A DNA stretch of 64,000 bases from the human T2T-CHM13v2.0 reference genome, Homo sapiens, in the NCBI RefSeq assembly GCF_009914755.1, contig NC_060939.1. The stretch is one strand, 5' to 3'. The notes beneath the pieces were generated by a model that was given only the letters and a program-made list of their open reading frames with translations, was not told the DNA's origin and searched no databases. Shown piece by piece: positions 12,604 through 27,260 of this stretch; within the stretch, counting starts at the first letter, position 1; every line of letters begins with the position of its first letter. Both the position numbers and the translations under genes were made by a program.

Positions 12604-15600
12604 GCTCAACCATCTCAATTTCACCGTTTTCCTACCCCCCACCTGTCGAATGTTATGACAGCTAGTGACACTTTATACAAAACACCTGAGAAAGGCTCAT
12701 TGCTTTAAAATCAAAAATCTATAAAAGCAATGCCACCCTAATCCTAAGGTGCTTCTTAGGTATTTCCCAAATCTCTTTGCTCTTTTATACTGCAGCATTT
12801 TCAGGAGGAGTCATGAGATACTGTCAAGGTTCATGAAATAACTAAAAATGAAAAATAACCTTAGACTCTTCTCTGCATTACCACCAGCTGCCTGGTACAC
12901 TAGGTCACCTTTTACAGGAGTTACATTAAAACAATAATGTACATTGGTGTGTATGTGGTTGGGGGGATATTTAAAATATTATATAATCACAAGAAAGACC
13001 AGAGATTTATTGCTTTGCCCTTGGGCAACTAAGAAATTTAAAGCCTGTTTTATATCCCAAAAATAAAAAAGAGACTTGATAGAAGTAACAGTGCTCAGTG
13101 CTTGCAACCCAAGTCAATTTACAGAAATCTTGTTTAAATTCAAGGGGGAAAAATTCATTTTAGGACGAAGTTATTCAAGATGAAAGAAAGGCGTGTCTTC
13201 AGTGAGAGAACTGTCTGCTGTCAGATGATTTCTTGCTAACGTGTTTAAAGATTTTGGACTTCTCAACTTTCTTGGTTTTCTGGTAGCCAAATTCACCACT
13301 GCCTCCTCACTTTTTCTGCTTGCCTTCATTGCTGTTGATGTTCAGATCAACAGAGGGAGGCACCTTGAAACCAGATGACAGAGCAACTTATCATTAAAGA
13401 TCTGTTTTAGAGAATGGGAATCCTAGGCTCGTGTGTATGACTTATATGCTTCCTGGGCTGCCTTATGAAGAAAGCAGTTCTTTTCAATTAATTTCTCAAG
13501 CTGAGACTGAATGTCAGAAATTTTAGACCAGGAAAAGTCAAATTCACTTAATGGAAACTTGGATTGTTTCAAGTAGTGAAGGAACCCCATTTCTTCTGGG
13601 CACAAAATGAGCAAGGCATGACCTCTCCCATTTAGACCTCTGGCTGTTCTGCTTACACGATGAATATATTCCTTAGGGTCATCCAGAGGGTCATGCTGAA
13701 CGATCCAGTCGACTTCAGGAATGTCCAGTCCTCTTGCTGCCACATCCATACACAATAGTATTCCTGAATCTGCTTTGCAGAACTGGAAGAATGTGGTTGT
13801 ACCCTTATTTTGCTTTTGCTTTCCATGAATGGCCAAGATGGGCAAATCCATGTAATTTAGCAACTCATAGTGATATTTCACAGACATAGAAGATGAAAAG
13901 AAGACCATAATCTTCCTCTTTCGGTTCTTCTTAAGGACAGCAAAGGGCAGAAGGAATCTTTTTTCAGAGGGACAAACAACGTATCCCTGCTCAAGACCAT
14001 CCACTGTTGCATTAGCTTTATCATCATCGCCAACATACAATGGCTCCTTTTTTCAGAGAAATCCTTGCCAGGTCTTCAACTTTTCGAGTTTGGGTGGCAG
14101 ATAAGAGCATAGTGTGTCTGCATGTTGGCAAAAGTTTAATAATTTGCTTTAATTCCTCTTCAAACCCAACATCCAAGATTCTATCAGCTTCATCAATAAC
14201 CAAATATTGTAGGTTTTTATACATAAACCCTGGTGTATTCTGCATATAGTCAAGCAGATGGCCTGGTGTGGCCACAATGATGTTAATCCCATTAGCAAGT
14301 TTCTGTGCTTCAGCAGATGTGTTATCGCCACCCATTATCAACCCATAGGTATGCATGTGGTGAGTATTAGCTCCTTAAGACCACCAAAAATTTGCATGGC
14401 TAGTTCTCTAGTAGGTGAGAGAATAAAGACCCCTGGTCTATTCGTGGGCATGAACTTTAACTTAACAGTGAGTTCAACTGCAGGAATGAGAAAAGCCAGG
14501 GTTTACCACTGCCTGTTTTTGCAGCTGCTAGAAGATCCCTGCCTTCCAGGAGTGATCTGATGGTTTTATGCTGAATTTCAGTCATGTTCATAAAGCTCAT
14601 TTCTTTTATTGCCTTCAAAGTGTTTTCATTGACAAGATTAGATAGAGAAGCAAATAAAGTATCGTCAAAAGCTCCTGTCAGTCTCAGGCGCAGGCTGGGC
14701 ACCTCACGGTTATCTTCCTCATTATCTGGCTTCTCCAGATTATTTTCTGTTTCTTTGGGAGTCTTGGCACTTTCTTCTTTAGATTCCCCTTTGTTTTCAG
14801 TTTTTGCTTTTTTTTACATCAGGCCCAGCATCATTCACCATTTTTCCCTTTTTCTTCTTTTTCTTTTTTGATTCTGAATTGGGAGACTGCATTGCTGTCT
14901 CTCCGTTTGTTAATACAGTGGATTTCTGAGGAGATTTTTGAACTTTTACATTTTCCACTGTTTCTTGAGACACATCTCCATCTTGAGCTTCTGATAACCC
15001 CACATTCACAGAATGTTTTGATTTTTTAACCTTTCCACCTCCCATCGTTTCTTCAGACACACCTCCGTTTTGAGTTTCTGATAGGGTCAGATTTGAGGCC
15101 CCCGGCAACTTTAGGTTCCGGCGTGCATTTTGAGGTTCTGCTTCTTGATCTTCTTGCTCAGGAGTTTCATCAGCAGGTGAGACATGCTGTCCAAGAAGTG
15201 CCAAGACCACAGTGCCACACAGTATGGCTACTCAGCTCTCAGGGCTCATGTTGCACACAGCTTCTTAATACCTCACTCTCATTCAGGGAGTCACTAACCA
15301 AAGGCAACACTAGAACAGAGTGTGCACTTTTATCTTCAGGATATTCCCATCACCCTGACCAAGTTCACTAAGTTATAGGGCAAGGCAGATCTTAATTTTC
15401 TACATGAGAAGTGTTTAGAGACTAGAGTGGGGGCAGGTAGGGGACTTGTGTTGATGCCAAATCTCCACAGCAAGCAAATAATTTGTGCTTTCACTGTCTA
15501 TTTATCTGGGTTGTCTTGGAGACACTGATGAAACTAGAGAGACTGTTGAGGCCTCCCCAGCCAAGCTGTGGCTGCTGCTTTAGAGAAAAGCAGCCTACTC

Positions 15601-15799
15601 CATTCACAGGCCGAAGGCATTTAGATAGAGTGCCATTATTCAAAGTATCAGCTTTTTCCTTTGAGTTTTGTTTACCTTATCACCATGCCCCCCTACACTC
15701 ATAAACTCCCAATTTCATAGGCTCTCAGATTCAGACGAGGCCCTTAAGAAGAAAACACCCACCTGTGGTTTTAATACACTCTCTAACGTAAACTCCAGG

Positions 15800-16030
15800 A
15801 TGGGAAAGCTAACATTTATAGGGTTCCTGATATATGTCAGGCATTTAATGCATATACATACACTTTATTGATATTATTGCATATCCTTACAACTACTCTG
15901 CTCAATCTTCCCCTCCTTTCTGTGGACAAGAAAACCGGGAGTCAGAAACATCCTGTGGCTTCCATGAGGCACACAGTTAGTAAGCGTTAGAATGAGATAA
16001 AAACCCAGAGAAACTCCTAGGTCTGTGTTC
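15800..16030 (-). mobile_element. MIR
   Basis: 'agctaacatttatagggttcc...aggcacacagttagtaag' degenerate MIR. Confidence 0.55.
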
Positions 16031-16587
16031 CTTCACTAAGTCTGAGACCCCATGGCCTGCCAAGGGGCTGAGTGAAAATTGCTGTCCTTGAAGGTTTTGC
16101 CCATTGCCTGTGTGCCTGGTTCCAGGAGGCCTCAGAGCTCAGAGGGAACTACTGTTGTTCAGGCCAGCCCTCCAGGAGTGAGGATGGATCCAGGTGTCTC
16201 CCTGCGATGAGGACAGCAGGGTGTACTGCTTGGACAGGCTCTGATCTATAGAACATGTGTATTTTATGCCAGAAACATTTTCATATTGAGGACAGCAGGG
16301 TGAGGACAGTGTGAGGTGAGGGGAGAAAACCACCAATACATGCAGATGGTACATGCAGTTGATTATTTGGTGGCTGCAAAAGTGGGAGAGAAATAGCTTC
16401 GTCTTTTGAGATCTATGATTCTGAAGCTTGTACCTGAAAAAGCTGCTCATCTCTGTTCCTCGACTTCTGAGAGGAGAGTCTTTTTAGGTGGAAGACAGAC
16501 AGGTCCGTACAGGATGGACTGGGAAAACCTCCTGCCCTCCCTACCTGCCCCTCTGACTACCAGAGCCACAGATACCTATCATTTTCC

Positions 16588-16744
16588 TACCTTCCTTCCT
16601 TCCTTCCTTCCTTCCTTCCTTCCTTCCTTCCTTCCCTCCCTCCCTTTCTTTCTTTTCCTTCCTTCCTTCCCTCCCTCCCTCCTTTCTTTTCCTTTCCTTT
16701 CCCTTCCTTTCCTTTCCTTCTTTTCTTTCTTTCTCTTTCATTCT

Positions 16745-16789
<45 letters not shown>

Positions 16790-16860
16790 TTTCTTTCTTT
16801 GTTCCTTCCTTCCTTCCTTTCCTTTTTTTGTTTCGTTCTTTCCTTTTTCTCCCCCTTCCA
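16588..16860. repeat. Compound (CCTT)n/(TTTC)n polypyrimidine microsatellite
   Basis: About 270 bp of almost pure C/T with runs of cctt and tttc. Confidence 0.97.
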
Positions 16861-17339
16861 CACAGCATTGCATTGGAGGACAAATTCCAGTGAACTTGGA
16901 ATCTACAAGTCTGGGTTCAGGTGTAGTTCTGAGATTCACCATTGGGGTGATCTTTGCTAAGTTACTGCAGCTTCTTGAGACTCAGTCACCTCCCTTCTGG
17001 AAGGAGGATTAGAATGACCACAGCACCCAGTGGTAATTATTGGACTACAGGAGGAAGTACTCTGGAACCACAGATACTTTGAAACACAAGGGATGATTAT
17101 TCCATGAGTGGAAGGAATGGGAAGCACCACAGTCCCGGGCTTATTTCAGGGGTTCTTTGAACATGCTCAAATATTATCTTACACAGTCCATGAGCCTGGC
17201 CTGCCATGAGGGCTTGAAAAGATGTCATCTGAGGCTTTCATTTGCCATTTAGTCATGAAGAGGGAGGACAGGACCTGGGAACACTGTTTTGGGTAATAGT
17301 ATTGAAAGACTTCCATTCATCTTGTGTGGATAGAAACAC

Positions 17340-17685
17340 ATTAGGTAAGTTATTAAACTAAGTAAACGTAAGCAATGATACATCCATTCAGTAAGTTACC
17401 ATGCAGCTATAGAAAATGATGTTGTAGAATATTTAATGACATGGAAAGGTCATCCCAATATTTTTAAGTGAAATAAGCTGGTCACAAAACAGAATATACA
17501 TTATAATCCTTTTGCAAGCCACATAGGTTTACATGGGGAAGGATATATCCCAACCTCTTTGCTTTTGCTATCTCTAGTCAATAGAACTGTGAGTGAATGT
17601 TATTTCTTTTTGCTTGTTGGTGCTTTTTACAATTTTGTACAATAAAGATGTATTGCCTTTTTAATAAAAATATTTTTAACATAAA
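17340..17685 (+). mobile_element. L1ME-type 3' fragment
   Basis: 'atatttaatgacatggaaagg...ttaagtgaaataagc...caaaacagaatata'. Confidence 0.6.
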
Positions 17686-18279
17686 TAAGTTCAAAGAAGT
17701 CCAAATCAGCTCATTCACTCCTTTCTCATTTCCAGAGCATTGTGCTCAGCCCAATTACCTTCTTTCAGTTTATCCACTCTCTAGCGGCTTCATGGCTGCA
17801 TGTCTTGTAAATAAACAGCATTCTTACCCATGAATTCTAAGAGATCCAGCCCTATCTCAGCGTCTGCTGGGAAGTAAATCACTCCCCTGGAAATCACTAT
17901 CTGCAGAAAGTTCGCAGATAGGCAGCATCAACAATTCTACATAGGGCTGGTTCTGAAACCTGGTAGAAATTCTCAGCCATATTTATAATGCACATATGGA
18001 TACATTTCCATGGGAGCAAAGGCGATTAGTAACCATTCTTTACAACGCACATATTTGTGCATGCATATGTATTTACACTTGGCAAATTATGAATTCACAG
18101 TGGCTATTAATATAGATGGAATCTACATAGAGTGATGGAAGTGGGGTTTAGAAAAAGGCAAGTGGACTGAGAATAAAATACGTGCTCTGGCTATCCTCTG
18201 CAACTTGTTCAAGGCCGGTTAGCTGAATGTATCTCAGTTTACTCAGCCACGTGGGAGCCATGCTTGGCTCAGCGATGCC

Positions 18280-18450
18280 AGCAAAAACCTTTAAATCAGA
18301 CAGAACTGAGTTTGAATTCCAGCTATGTGCCTTGGTGGTTATGTGTCCTTAGGTGACTTACTTAACTTTGTGAACCTTGGTTTTCCTCTCTGCCCAATAG
18401 GCAATAAGGGCTACCTCATGAGGTGTTATGCCTGGCATATAGGAAGTCTT
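18280..18450 (+). mobile_element. MIR
   Basis: 'gagtttgaattccagct...gtgtccttaggtgacttacttaactttgtgaaccttggttttcctctctg'. Confidence 0.7.
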
Positions 18451-18542
18451 GTGCAAAAGACAGGGAGAATACCCTGGGAATTGCATCTTTCATTGGGATG
18501 GAAGAGAACTGGGTTCTTTTTCATTGCCTCATTGAAGTTCTA

Positions 18543-18941
<399 letters not shown>

Positions 18942-21900
18942 TTATGATTGATCATGGAGCTTCCTCTTTCCAGCAATGAAATTTTAAATGCTGACAATTC
19001 TAGCGAAAAATATTTCTAAAATGTACTTTACAATAATTACCCATTATCCTGACTTTTTAAGCTAAACATGCTGACTTGCAGGTAACCATTCATTGATGTC
19101 TCAGTTCCCCATTATTATGCCATGGGGTGGCAGCTCGCTACCTGTGCTAGAGTATGCAACCCCTCCCTTCCTAGGCTCTAGTTGTTTCTTTTGTTGCTAC
19201 TGCACCTACCTTGAAAAGTGCTCCTATCACCTTCTAGCTGCAATAAAATCAGTGCTATAGGATTATCTAGTGCAAACTCCCTCTTTGAGAAATAAGAAGC
19301 AAATTTGGAGAGGTGAACAGATACAATGAAGATAAGGTCTCAAGGTATTTGATCGACTATGGATTAGAGAACTGAGTAAAAATTCTGAATAGCAATTGCA
19401 AGGTAAATAAAAATCAGTAAGGATCATTGTGAAAGTCTTCTAAAAGAAGCACATGGCTGGAGTCCAGCCACTGTACAGCACTTCCTTTTCAGAGACCCTC
19501 AGAAATCTTTTCCGTACACCTTTGGGATCAAGAGGGGTGGGAAACTGACCTCCAAATAAAAGAAGTTGTCCATACGCACATGTGTGCACACATGCACATT
19601 CTATATATGCACACACAGAGACACACCCATACACAAACAGAGGGTGGGACTGGGTACCTATACAGGCTGGTTCTACAAAATAAGCCCTATTTAACCCCTA
19701 TTGGCTTAAACAGGTCTTGTTTTAAACGATGCACTTTGAGATAACCCGCAGGAGATCTGTGCACTGAATGTGTTAAAGGGCTTGAGAGATCTACACCAGA
19801 GGGTAGTCAAATCCTTATTCTCATTTCCTGCCTGTTCCTGCAGCAACTGCTTTGAATGCCTATTGGAGAAACATGCCTTTCTCCCCAATACCACAGAATG
19901 CCTGCTAGCAAAGGAACAAATACGAAAACTTTAACAGCATCTCAAGAGTGTTCCCCCTTTGCTCCTCACCAACTACCGACAATCAATGTAAAAGTAATCC
20001 TAGTTTTTATTTGAAGCTATCTTGGCTTTAAAAGAACCTTCCAAAAAATGATTGATGTGATGAATTAAACCCATAGGTAACCCCTGAAATCTGCTTTGAA
20101 TAGCAAGAAATTCCTAACAATATCTTCAACGCCTGCAACAACGAAATCTAATCTCTGAACTCCTAAAGGTCAAGATTTGCTGTCTGGTAGCACGGCTCAA
20201 GAGTAAATGCTCCCTAATGCTGTGCTAGGCAATTGCTTTGCACTCCAGACAATGTCAATTTTGTCCAAGTAGCTGCAGATGTGTCTAGCATTAAGTCAGA
20301 ATGGTGTCAAGGGCCCTTCTTGAACACTGGCTGATTCTCAGAGAAACTGGTCCTAAAGCCCTAGTCTATTACAGCCCATGCCCAAAAGACAGATATTTAG
20401 AGCTTAAAGGAGGATGGAGAATAAAGCTGCATTAGATTTTTTAATGTTTCTGAATCAGGAGACCCAGGGGAAGAAATTCTCCCGTGATCCAAATGTCCTT
20501 CCCTCCCCCTCCCCACCAGCAGCCCTTTGGATTTCCTGATTAAGGTACTGCACAGTATCTATGAAGGCCTACCCTTGAGCTACTTTCCTGATAAACCATT
20601 CATCACTGCTCTGGCCAATTCTAGCTATGGAAAAGCTATAACAGACTAATGAACTCATTAAATTAAGAAATGTATGTTACAAGAAGTAATGTGCCAAGAG
20701 AAGGCGTGGGGGTAGGGTGGAGGGAGCAGAGATTGAACCAACCTCTAAGCAGAGTACTTAACATAATGAAGTCTGCAAATGCATCAGCCCCTTAATCCCC
20801 AATCCTGCAAGGAAGACAGTCCTCCACCCCCCGACAACTATGCTTCTGTAGTTTAACGTGTCCCCCCAACCCCCACTTTTTAAAGCAGGAAAACATTATA
20901 ACTGATTTGAAGACATACTTAAACTAGAATATCTGGATGGAGGTATTTTGGTTTTAAAAATTAATAAGAGCCAGAGGAAGGTATTTTCCTTTTTAAAATT
21001 GATAGGGAGTATAAACAAAATAATATTTCTCACGTTGCACTGGGAAACCCATTCACCTTTTCCCACCTATCTATCACCAGTAGTACCTCCGCTACTCTGA
21101 AGCAATTCATTTTTAATTCCTTTCCTCCTGTGTTCTCTTCATCTGCTGTAAGCCTTAAAATAAGAAAAAAGTCTACCTGGAGCAGGTTGCCATGAGTTCC
21201 ATAAGCATGCCTTGCCAGATTGTAGAGGAAACAGTTCTTAAGACAGGGAAATCAGAATGTTGCTTTTTTCTGTGTCAAATAAAAGACTGTGTTGTCTTTG
21301 GCAACACATCTCACATTTTCACTTGGCAGCATCCATAACCCAGAAGGACGGAACATGCCACGTAGTTTCCTAAACTTTCCCCAGTCTACTCCTTGGTAAC
21401 AGATATGTAACAAGTGGCAGAGGTTACAAATGATTCACTCTGGACTGTCTCTGCTGAAAACCACAGTGCATTTCACAGATGGAATGCCATTTGTTCTGTG
21501 AAATCAGCAAAGAAGACAAGCCTTGTTTTTCTGCATCTGGAAATATGTTATAGAAAACCCAGGGTTTGATTTTCTTCTTTACCTCTCCTTTGATTGCATC
21601 AGGCTTTTGGCCCTTCTTTACTGCCAATAACTTGCACTGGATGTCAAGTATCACCTGGGAGGGATACTAATTTAAACCAGGGTTGTAAACTGCAGAACCC
21701 AGGCAGGCAACACAAGTGACTGGAAAGAGCAGGCATAACACAACTGTGAGTGTGGAACTGGGTGAGCTGGAGGCAGTAGTTCTTCATCTTCAGCCAAGTG
21801 TTGCTGGGTAGAAATGCTTGTTTGCATTGCTGGATCATCCAATTTTTTTAAGAGAAGAGAGAAATTGGATTTTATTGTGGATGAAATTTCCAAATTGTTG

Positions 21901-22811
21901 AATATTGGCTCAATTTTTTTAAAACATGGTATAGGCAAATAAAACTTGGCTGCTTAACAGATCTAGCCCTTGGAATGCCAGATGTGATCCCTGCTTTAAA
22001 CACATTTACAGCTCCGCTCAAATGGGAAGTCACCTGATTGATTAGAAATGTTGGTAGGGAGGTCAAGAGTGTTGCAGAGACAGCATGAGATCTGCCTATA
22101 ATTGGATGGGCCAACTGGAGGAAAATCCAACCTGCATGTTGAGTAAATCCCAGGATTTGATGTAAGGGAACAAGTCCAAAGGCCTCTTATTCTAAAATTG
22201 GGGGGATGAGGGTAATTAGTGCCAAAACAGGTCAAAAACTAGGAGATGTGGATAAAGAGGCTAAGTAGGTGAATTGTGAGTGCAGATTGCTCAAGGTCTA
22301 AACCAGGGATGCTAAATTGGATTCCTCGCACCTGCCAAGTCCAATTGACTAGGCTGATAGCTGTCAGGAAGGCCGGGAGGCTGAAAGGAAAGCATACTAA
22401 GGATAGGGGAGTCTTGAGTGCAGTTATCTTGCCAACCCTGGTCTGAAAAAGCCCAAGATTTGAGGGACTACCATACATTTAGCTCTCTTCCAAGCAGGCA
22501 GGGGTTCCAGGTCTGCGTACAAGACAGCAACATAAACACTGGCCTGCTTTGTATCTTTAAGTCATGTTTATAGAGATTCTATAGGCTACATCAGAATTGG
22601 AATTTACATCATGCATTTGGAAACAACAAAGAACATTTATCATACTGGAAGAAAGAGTTTAAAATACAGATTCTAAAGTGAATGACTCAGTATTAAAAGA
22701 AAAATATTAAAAGACATAAAATTTTTCTTTTATATCACTTTAATACATATAAATGATAACATATATGAGAATCTATCTGCCCACACTTGGCCTTTAATAT
22801 TTAAATATTAG

Positions 22812-23115
<304 letters not shown>

Positions 23116-23162
23116 TTAGGATTACATGAGCCTTGTTTCCACTGTTTGAAAATCCACCGAAG

Positions 23163-23512
23163 TGTATGCAGTGGTATGCTACTCAAATTCCCCTTCAGGA
23201 CCTAGCAATTCACTTTCCCAGCTGCTGGGAGTGTTGGCTACTGATGGCTCACAGCTGAGTCCTCTCCAGAAACTGTCATCAGCCACAGGCTCCTTGGGGC
23301 AGCTGCCATTCAAAGGTGGTCAAAGGAGGCTATAACCTCCTTACCTCAATTGGGACAATGCTGAAGGACCATCCATGTTCCAAAGCTCCCAAAATATCAC
23401 TACATGGCAGTTTACCTTTCTCCTTTGCCCGATTCTGCCTCCTTCATTCCCTGCTCTGTACATAAATCTCAGAGTCTCAGAATCTGTTTCCTGGGAAACT
23501 GACCTACAACAA
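23163..23512 (+). mobile_element. LTR16-family (ERVL) solo LTR
   Basis: 'cccagctgctgggagtgttggctactgatggctcacagctg' and terminal 'tctcagaatctgtttcctgggaaactgacctacaaca'. Confidence 0.7.
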
Positions 23513-23689
23513 GGACCTAATTGAAATGTAGGCATATAATAGAATACCAAAGATTCTGTATGTCAGGCTAATTTTAAATGACTTTCACAATGATGAAATA
23601 AAATTGCAGATTTAGGGAAGCAAGAAATAAATTATGTGAAGTTTAATGAAAACATTTCCATTTGTCAATAGCATTTAGCTTTACCTATG

Positions 23690-24248
23690 AGTAGGGCATG
23701 TATGTCATTTTGATTTGTCTAGGATGCCGCCCTGTTTCTTTGGGGGACTTCTCTGCACTCCACTTATCAGTGCTGAAGAGCAAGTGCCAATTGTGATGCC
23801 CAGCTTTCTGAAGACAGGAGTAGGCAAGTGAGCATGGTCTGGCCATACCCTGTCTATTCAGATTAGGCCAAGAGAAGGGCATGTGACCAAGACTGAGCTA
23901 ATTAGAGTCATTTCATGAGATTTAATAGAACACACCAAGAAAGACAGACTTTTTTTTTCCCTCTTACATCATGGGCTATGATAATGTAAGCCTGGAGTGC
24001 CTAGGTAACTGTGGACCTCAATGCGCATCTACAGTGGAAGAGAGTAAGGCCACCCCATCGGGAGAAGCAGAGCCAAGAGATAAAGAAAAAGATGGCAATG
24101 CTGTTTATGCCCTTGGGTCCTACTGTGTTTGTAGTCAAAACCAAACTTGGACATCTCAGTTACATGAACCACAACCATTTTTCCATTCTGCATAAGCTAT
24201 GTTGAATTGAGACATACATCACTTGAAACTGCAAGACTCCTGACTCTT
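23690..24248 (+). mobile_element. Old MLT1 (MaLR) LTR
   Basis: 'gggcatgtgaccaagactgagctaattagagtc' and terminal 'cagttacatgaacc...tcacttgaaactgcaagactcctgact'. Confidence 0.65.
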
Positions 24249-24260
24249 TCACTGCACTAA

Positions 24261-24620
<360 letters not shown>

Positions 24621-25546
24621 CAAAGATAAATAATGACCCTATGGGATAATAGCAAAACAGAGGTCCCTAGCATCAGGAGCCAAGAGCTCTACTAAATTTC
24701 CACAAAGTAATGCATCCATGAAACAGACAGGATGCATTTTGGGGGAACTTCTTTGTCAAAAAAAAAAAAAAACAAATCTAGAAGCAGAATTAATATAGGC
24801 AGAATATAGGATAGATAGAATAGTGACAGAAATAAAATGGGGTTTGCAATGTAAAAAAAATCAACTGATGACTCCCGAAAATAAAAACAAATGGGAAAAA
24901 AAAATTGCACCTGGTGTTCTTGGAGGAGAGGAAACAGTGTTGAGTTAAGGTCAGGAGAGATGGAGGAGGGAGGCCTGATCTGGGCTCAGGCAGAGAAGTC
25001 TGATGGTGGGGAGGCCGTGTGGGGCCTGGCAGTCTGGAGGAAGGGATTGGCTGACTCACATTAGTGCAGGGGGCTTCCAGGTCAAGGAGGAAGCAGGTGA
25101 TTGGTTTACCCACATCCCACAATTCCTAAGCAGCGGCTGATTAGCTGTGAAGCTAACAAAGATTAAGCTTTGAGGGCCCTCACTTGCAAAATCCCTTCCA
25201 AGATCCTGTGAGGGGCTCTTGCAATTTGTTCCCATGGTCATATGTGCTTGTAACATTTGCATAACAAGTGGTTAAGTCACTTACTGTTTCTAACCTAATT
25301 TTCCCTGTATCCTACTGCCCCTCATGATGTGTGGTGTTAAAGTGGTCACGAGCATCTTGGGGGATCCAGCTAAAAGGAAGTTGATTTGGAGATCCATTTA
25401 AGTTGGGTTCTGTGGATCATATTAATGTAGTTCATGGTCTCTTCTATGTAGTTAAGATATTGCTTGCCATCCTGGTATAGGGTTGTCTTCCAGGAATGCT
25501 ACTACCCAGGAATGCTAATGCTACTGTTACTCACTTTGCTGGCTTA

Positions 25547-25934
<388 letters not shown>

Positions 25935-26220
25935 TTATAATTTATAAAGATAAAAAAATTCAAAATAGACAATAAGTGAAATTCTTTCTACCAACCATAT
26001 TAAAGACTGAATTATCTCTGTGGTTTCTATATAGAAAATATTACAAAATTGTCACTTGAGAAGGCAATGAAAATGTATGCAGCTGGCAAATATTGGGGAG
26101 AAAATATAGAAACACATGAAGCAGACAGTGATGAGCTTAATCAATGTGACGCTTGTGGTTTTTGTTGGTATTTAACATTTTGTTGCTTATTTTTATTTAT
26201 ATTGTTATTCTAAATAAATA

Positions 26221-26705
26221 CAGTTGATCCTTGAAAAACACAGACTTGAATTGTGCAGGCCACTTATACGTGGAGCGTTTTTCAATGAATGTATTGGAAA
26301 ATTTTTTGGAGACTTGAGACAATTTGAAAAAACTCACAGATGAACAACTACTCCTGAGACAGCAGATCAACCTCTCCTCTCCCTCCTCCTCAGCCTACTC
26401 AACAAGAAGACAGTGATGATGAAGCCCTTTATGATGATCATAATCCACTTTTATTTAATGAATAGTAAATACATTTTCTCCTCCTTATGATTTTCTTAAC
26501 GTTTTCTTTTCTCTAAATTACTTTATTGTAAGAATACAGTATATAATACATATAAACATACAAAATACATGTTAATTGACTGTTTATGTTATCGGTAAGG
26601 TTCCAGTCAAGAATAAGCCATTAGTAGTTAATTTTCTGGGGAGTCGAAAGTTATACATGGATTTTTTGTATTACACAGGGGTCGACACTGTTTGAGGGTT
26701 AGCTG
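26221..26705 (+). mobile_element. Tigger2a/MER28-type DNA transposon
   Basis: TIRs cagttgatccttgaaaaaca ... tgtttgagggttagctg with TA target duplications at 26219-26220 and 26706-26707. Confidence 0.85.
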
Positions 26706-26971
26706 TATATACCCACTCATGCCTAATTTTGTGTCTGTAGTTTTGTGTTTTTTCACAGGGCCCTTCCCCTTCCCCACCCCACCCCACCCAAGAATGTGTA
26801 AGCTTTCTTCAAGCCCCACAAAATCTGCCCCTGCGGTTGGACTTCCTCCACTGGACAAGGGACAAAGGTCAGAGGGGAAGACATCTTGAACCAGCCCTCC
26901 TAGCCCCACCCAGCGACCTTGACAAGGATCTAAATTTTTGTAATCTGCATTAATTATCAGTTGATGAAGTT

Positions 26972-27260
26972 TTATATTATTATTATTTAGACGGAATCTC
27001 ACTCTGTGACCCAGTCTGGAGTGCAGTGGCAAAATCTCAGCTCACTGCAACCTCTACCTCCTGGGTTCAAGCAATTCTCGTGCCTCAGTCATCCTAGTAG
27101 CTAGGATTACAGCTGTGTGTCACTATGCTTGGCTAATTTTTTTATTTTTAGTAGAGGTGGAGTTTCACCACATTGGCCAGGCTGGTCTCGAACTCCTGAC
27201 CTCAAGCAATCCACCCACCCAAAATGTAGGCATTACAGGTGTGAGCCACCGCACCTGGCC
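26972..27260 (-). mobile_element. Alu (S/J), TSD agttgatga
   Basis: Reverse Alu with (TAT)n tail and a small left-arm deletion. Confidence 0.94.

Larger units (their letters stand above)
11558..15254 (-). pseudogene. DDX18P: Full-length processed pseudogene (retrocopy) of DEAD-box RNA helicase DDX18, including 5'UTR, disrupted CDS (13199-15185) and long 3'UTR
   Basis: Consecutive intronless minus-strand frames give MSHLLMKLL..., AAKTGSGK (motif I), [16 protein letters not shown] (motif II), [18 protein letters not shown] and C-terminal SSDSRQFSH*, matching DDX18 as I recall it. ATG at 15185, native TGA at 13199-13201. At least 5 frameshifts, a TAG at 13423-13425 and a short deletion near 13390. 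12-bp TSD aca(t/c)agcttctt at 11546-11557 and 15255-15266. ATTAAA at 11573-11578 just inside a short A-tail. The numbered DDX18P locus cannot be determined here. Confidence 0.97.

Noticed and set aside
13199-15185. DDX18 as a functional retrogene
   Set aside because: At least five frameshifts, a nonsense codon, a deletion and an early stop after 24 codons.
16406-16960. 184-aa, 133-aa and 98-aa low-complexity ORFs
   Set aside because: They read through a stop-free microsatellite.
21644-21938. Coding-looking minus-strand frames (DDPAMQTSISTQQHLAEDEELL...)
   Set aside because: No recognisable homology and no convincing splice-site pair.
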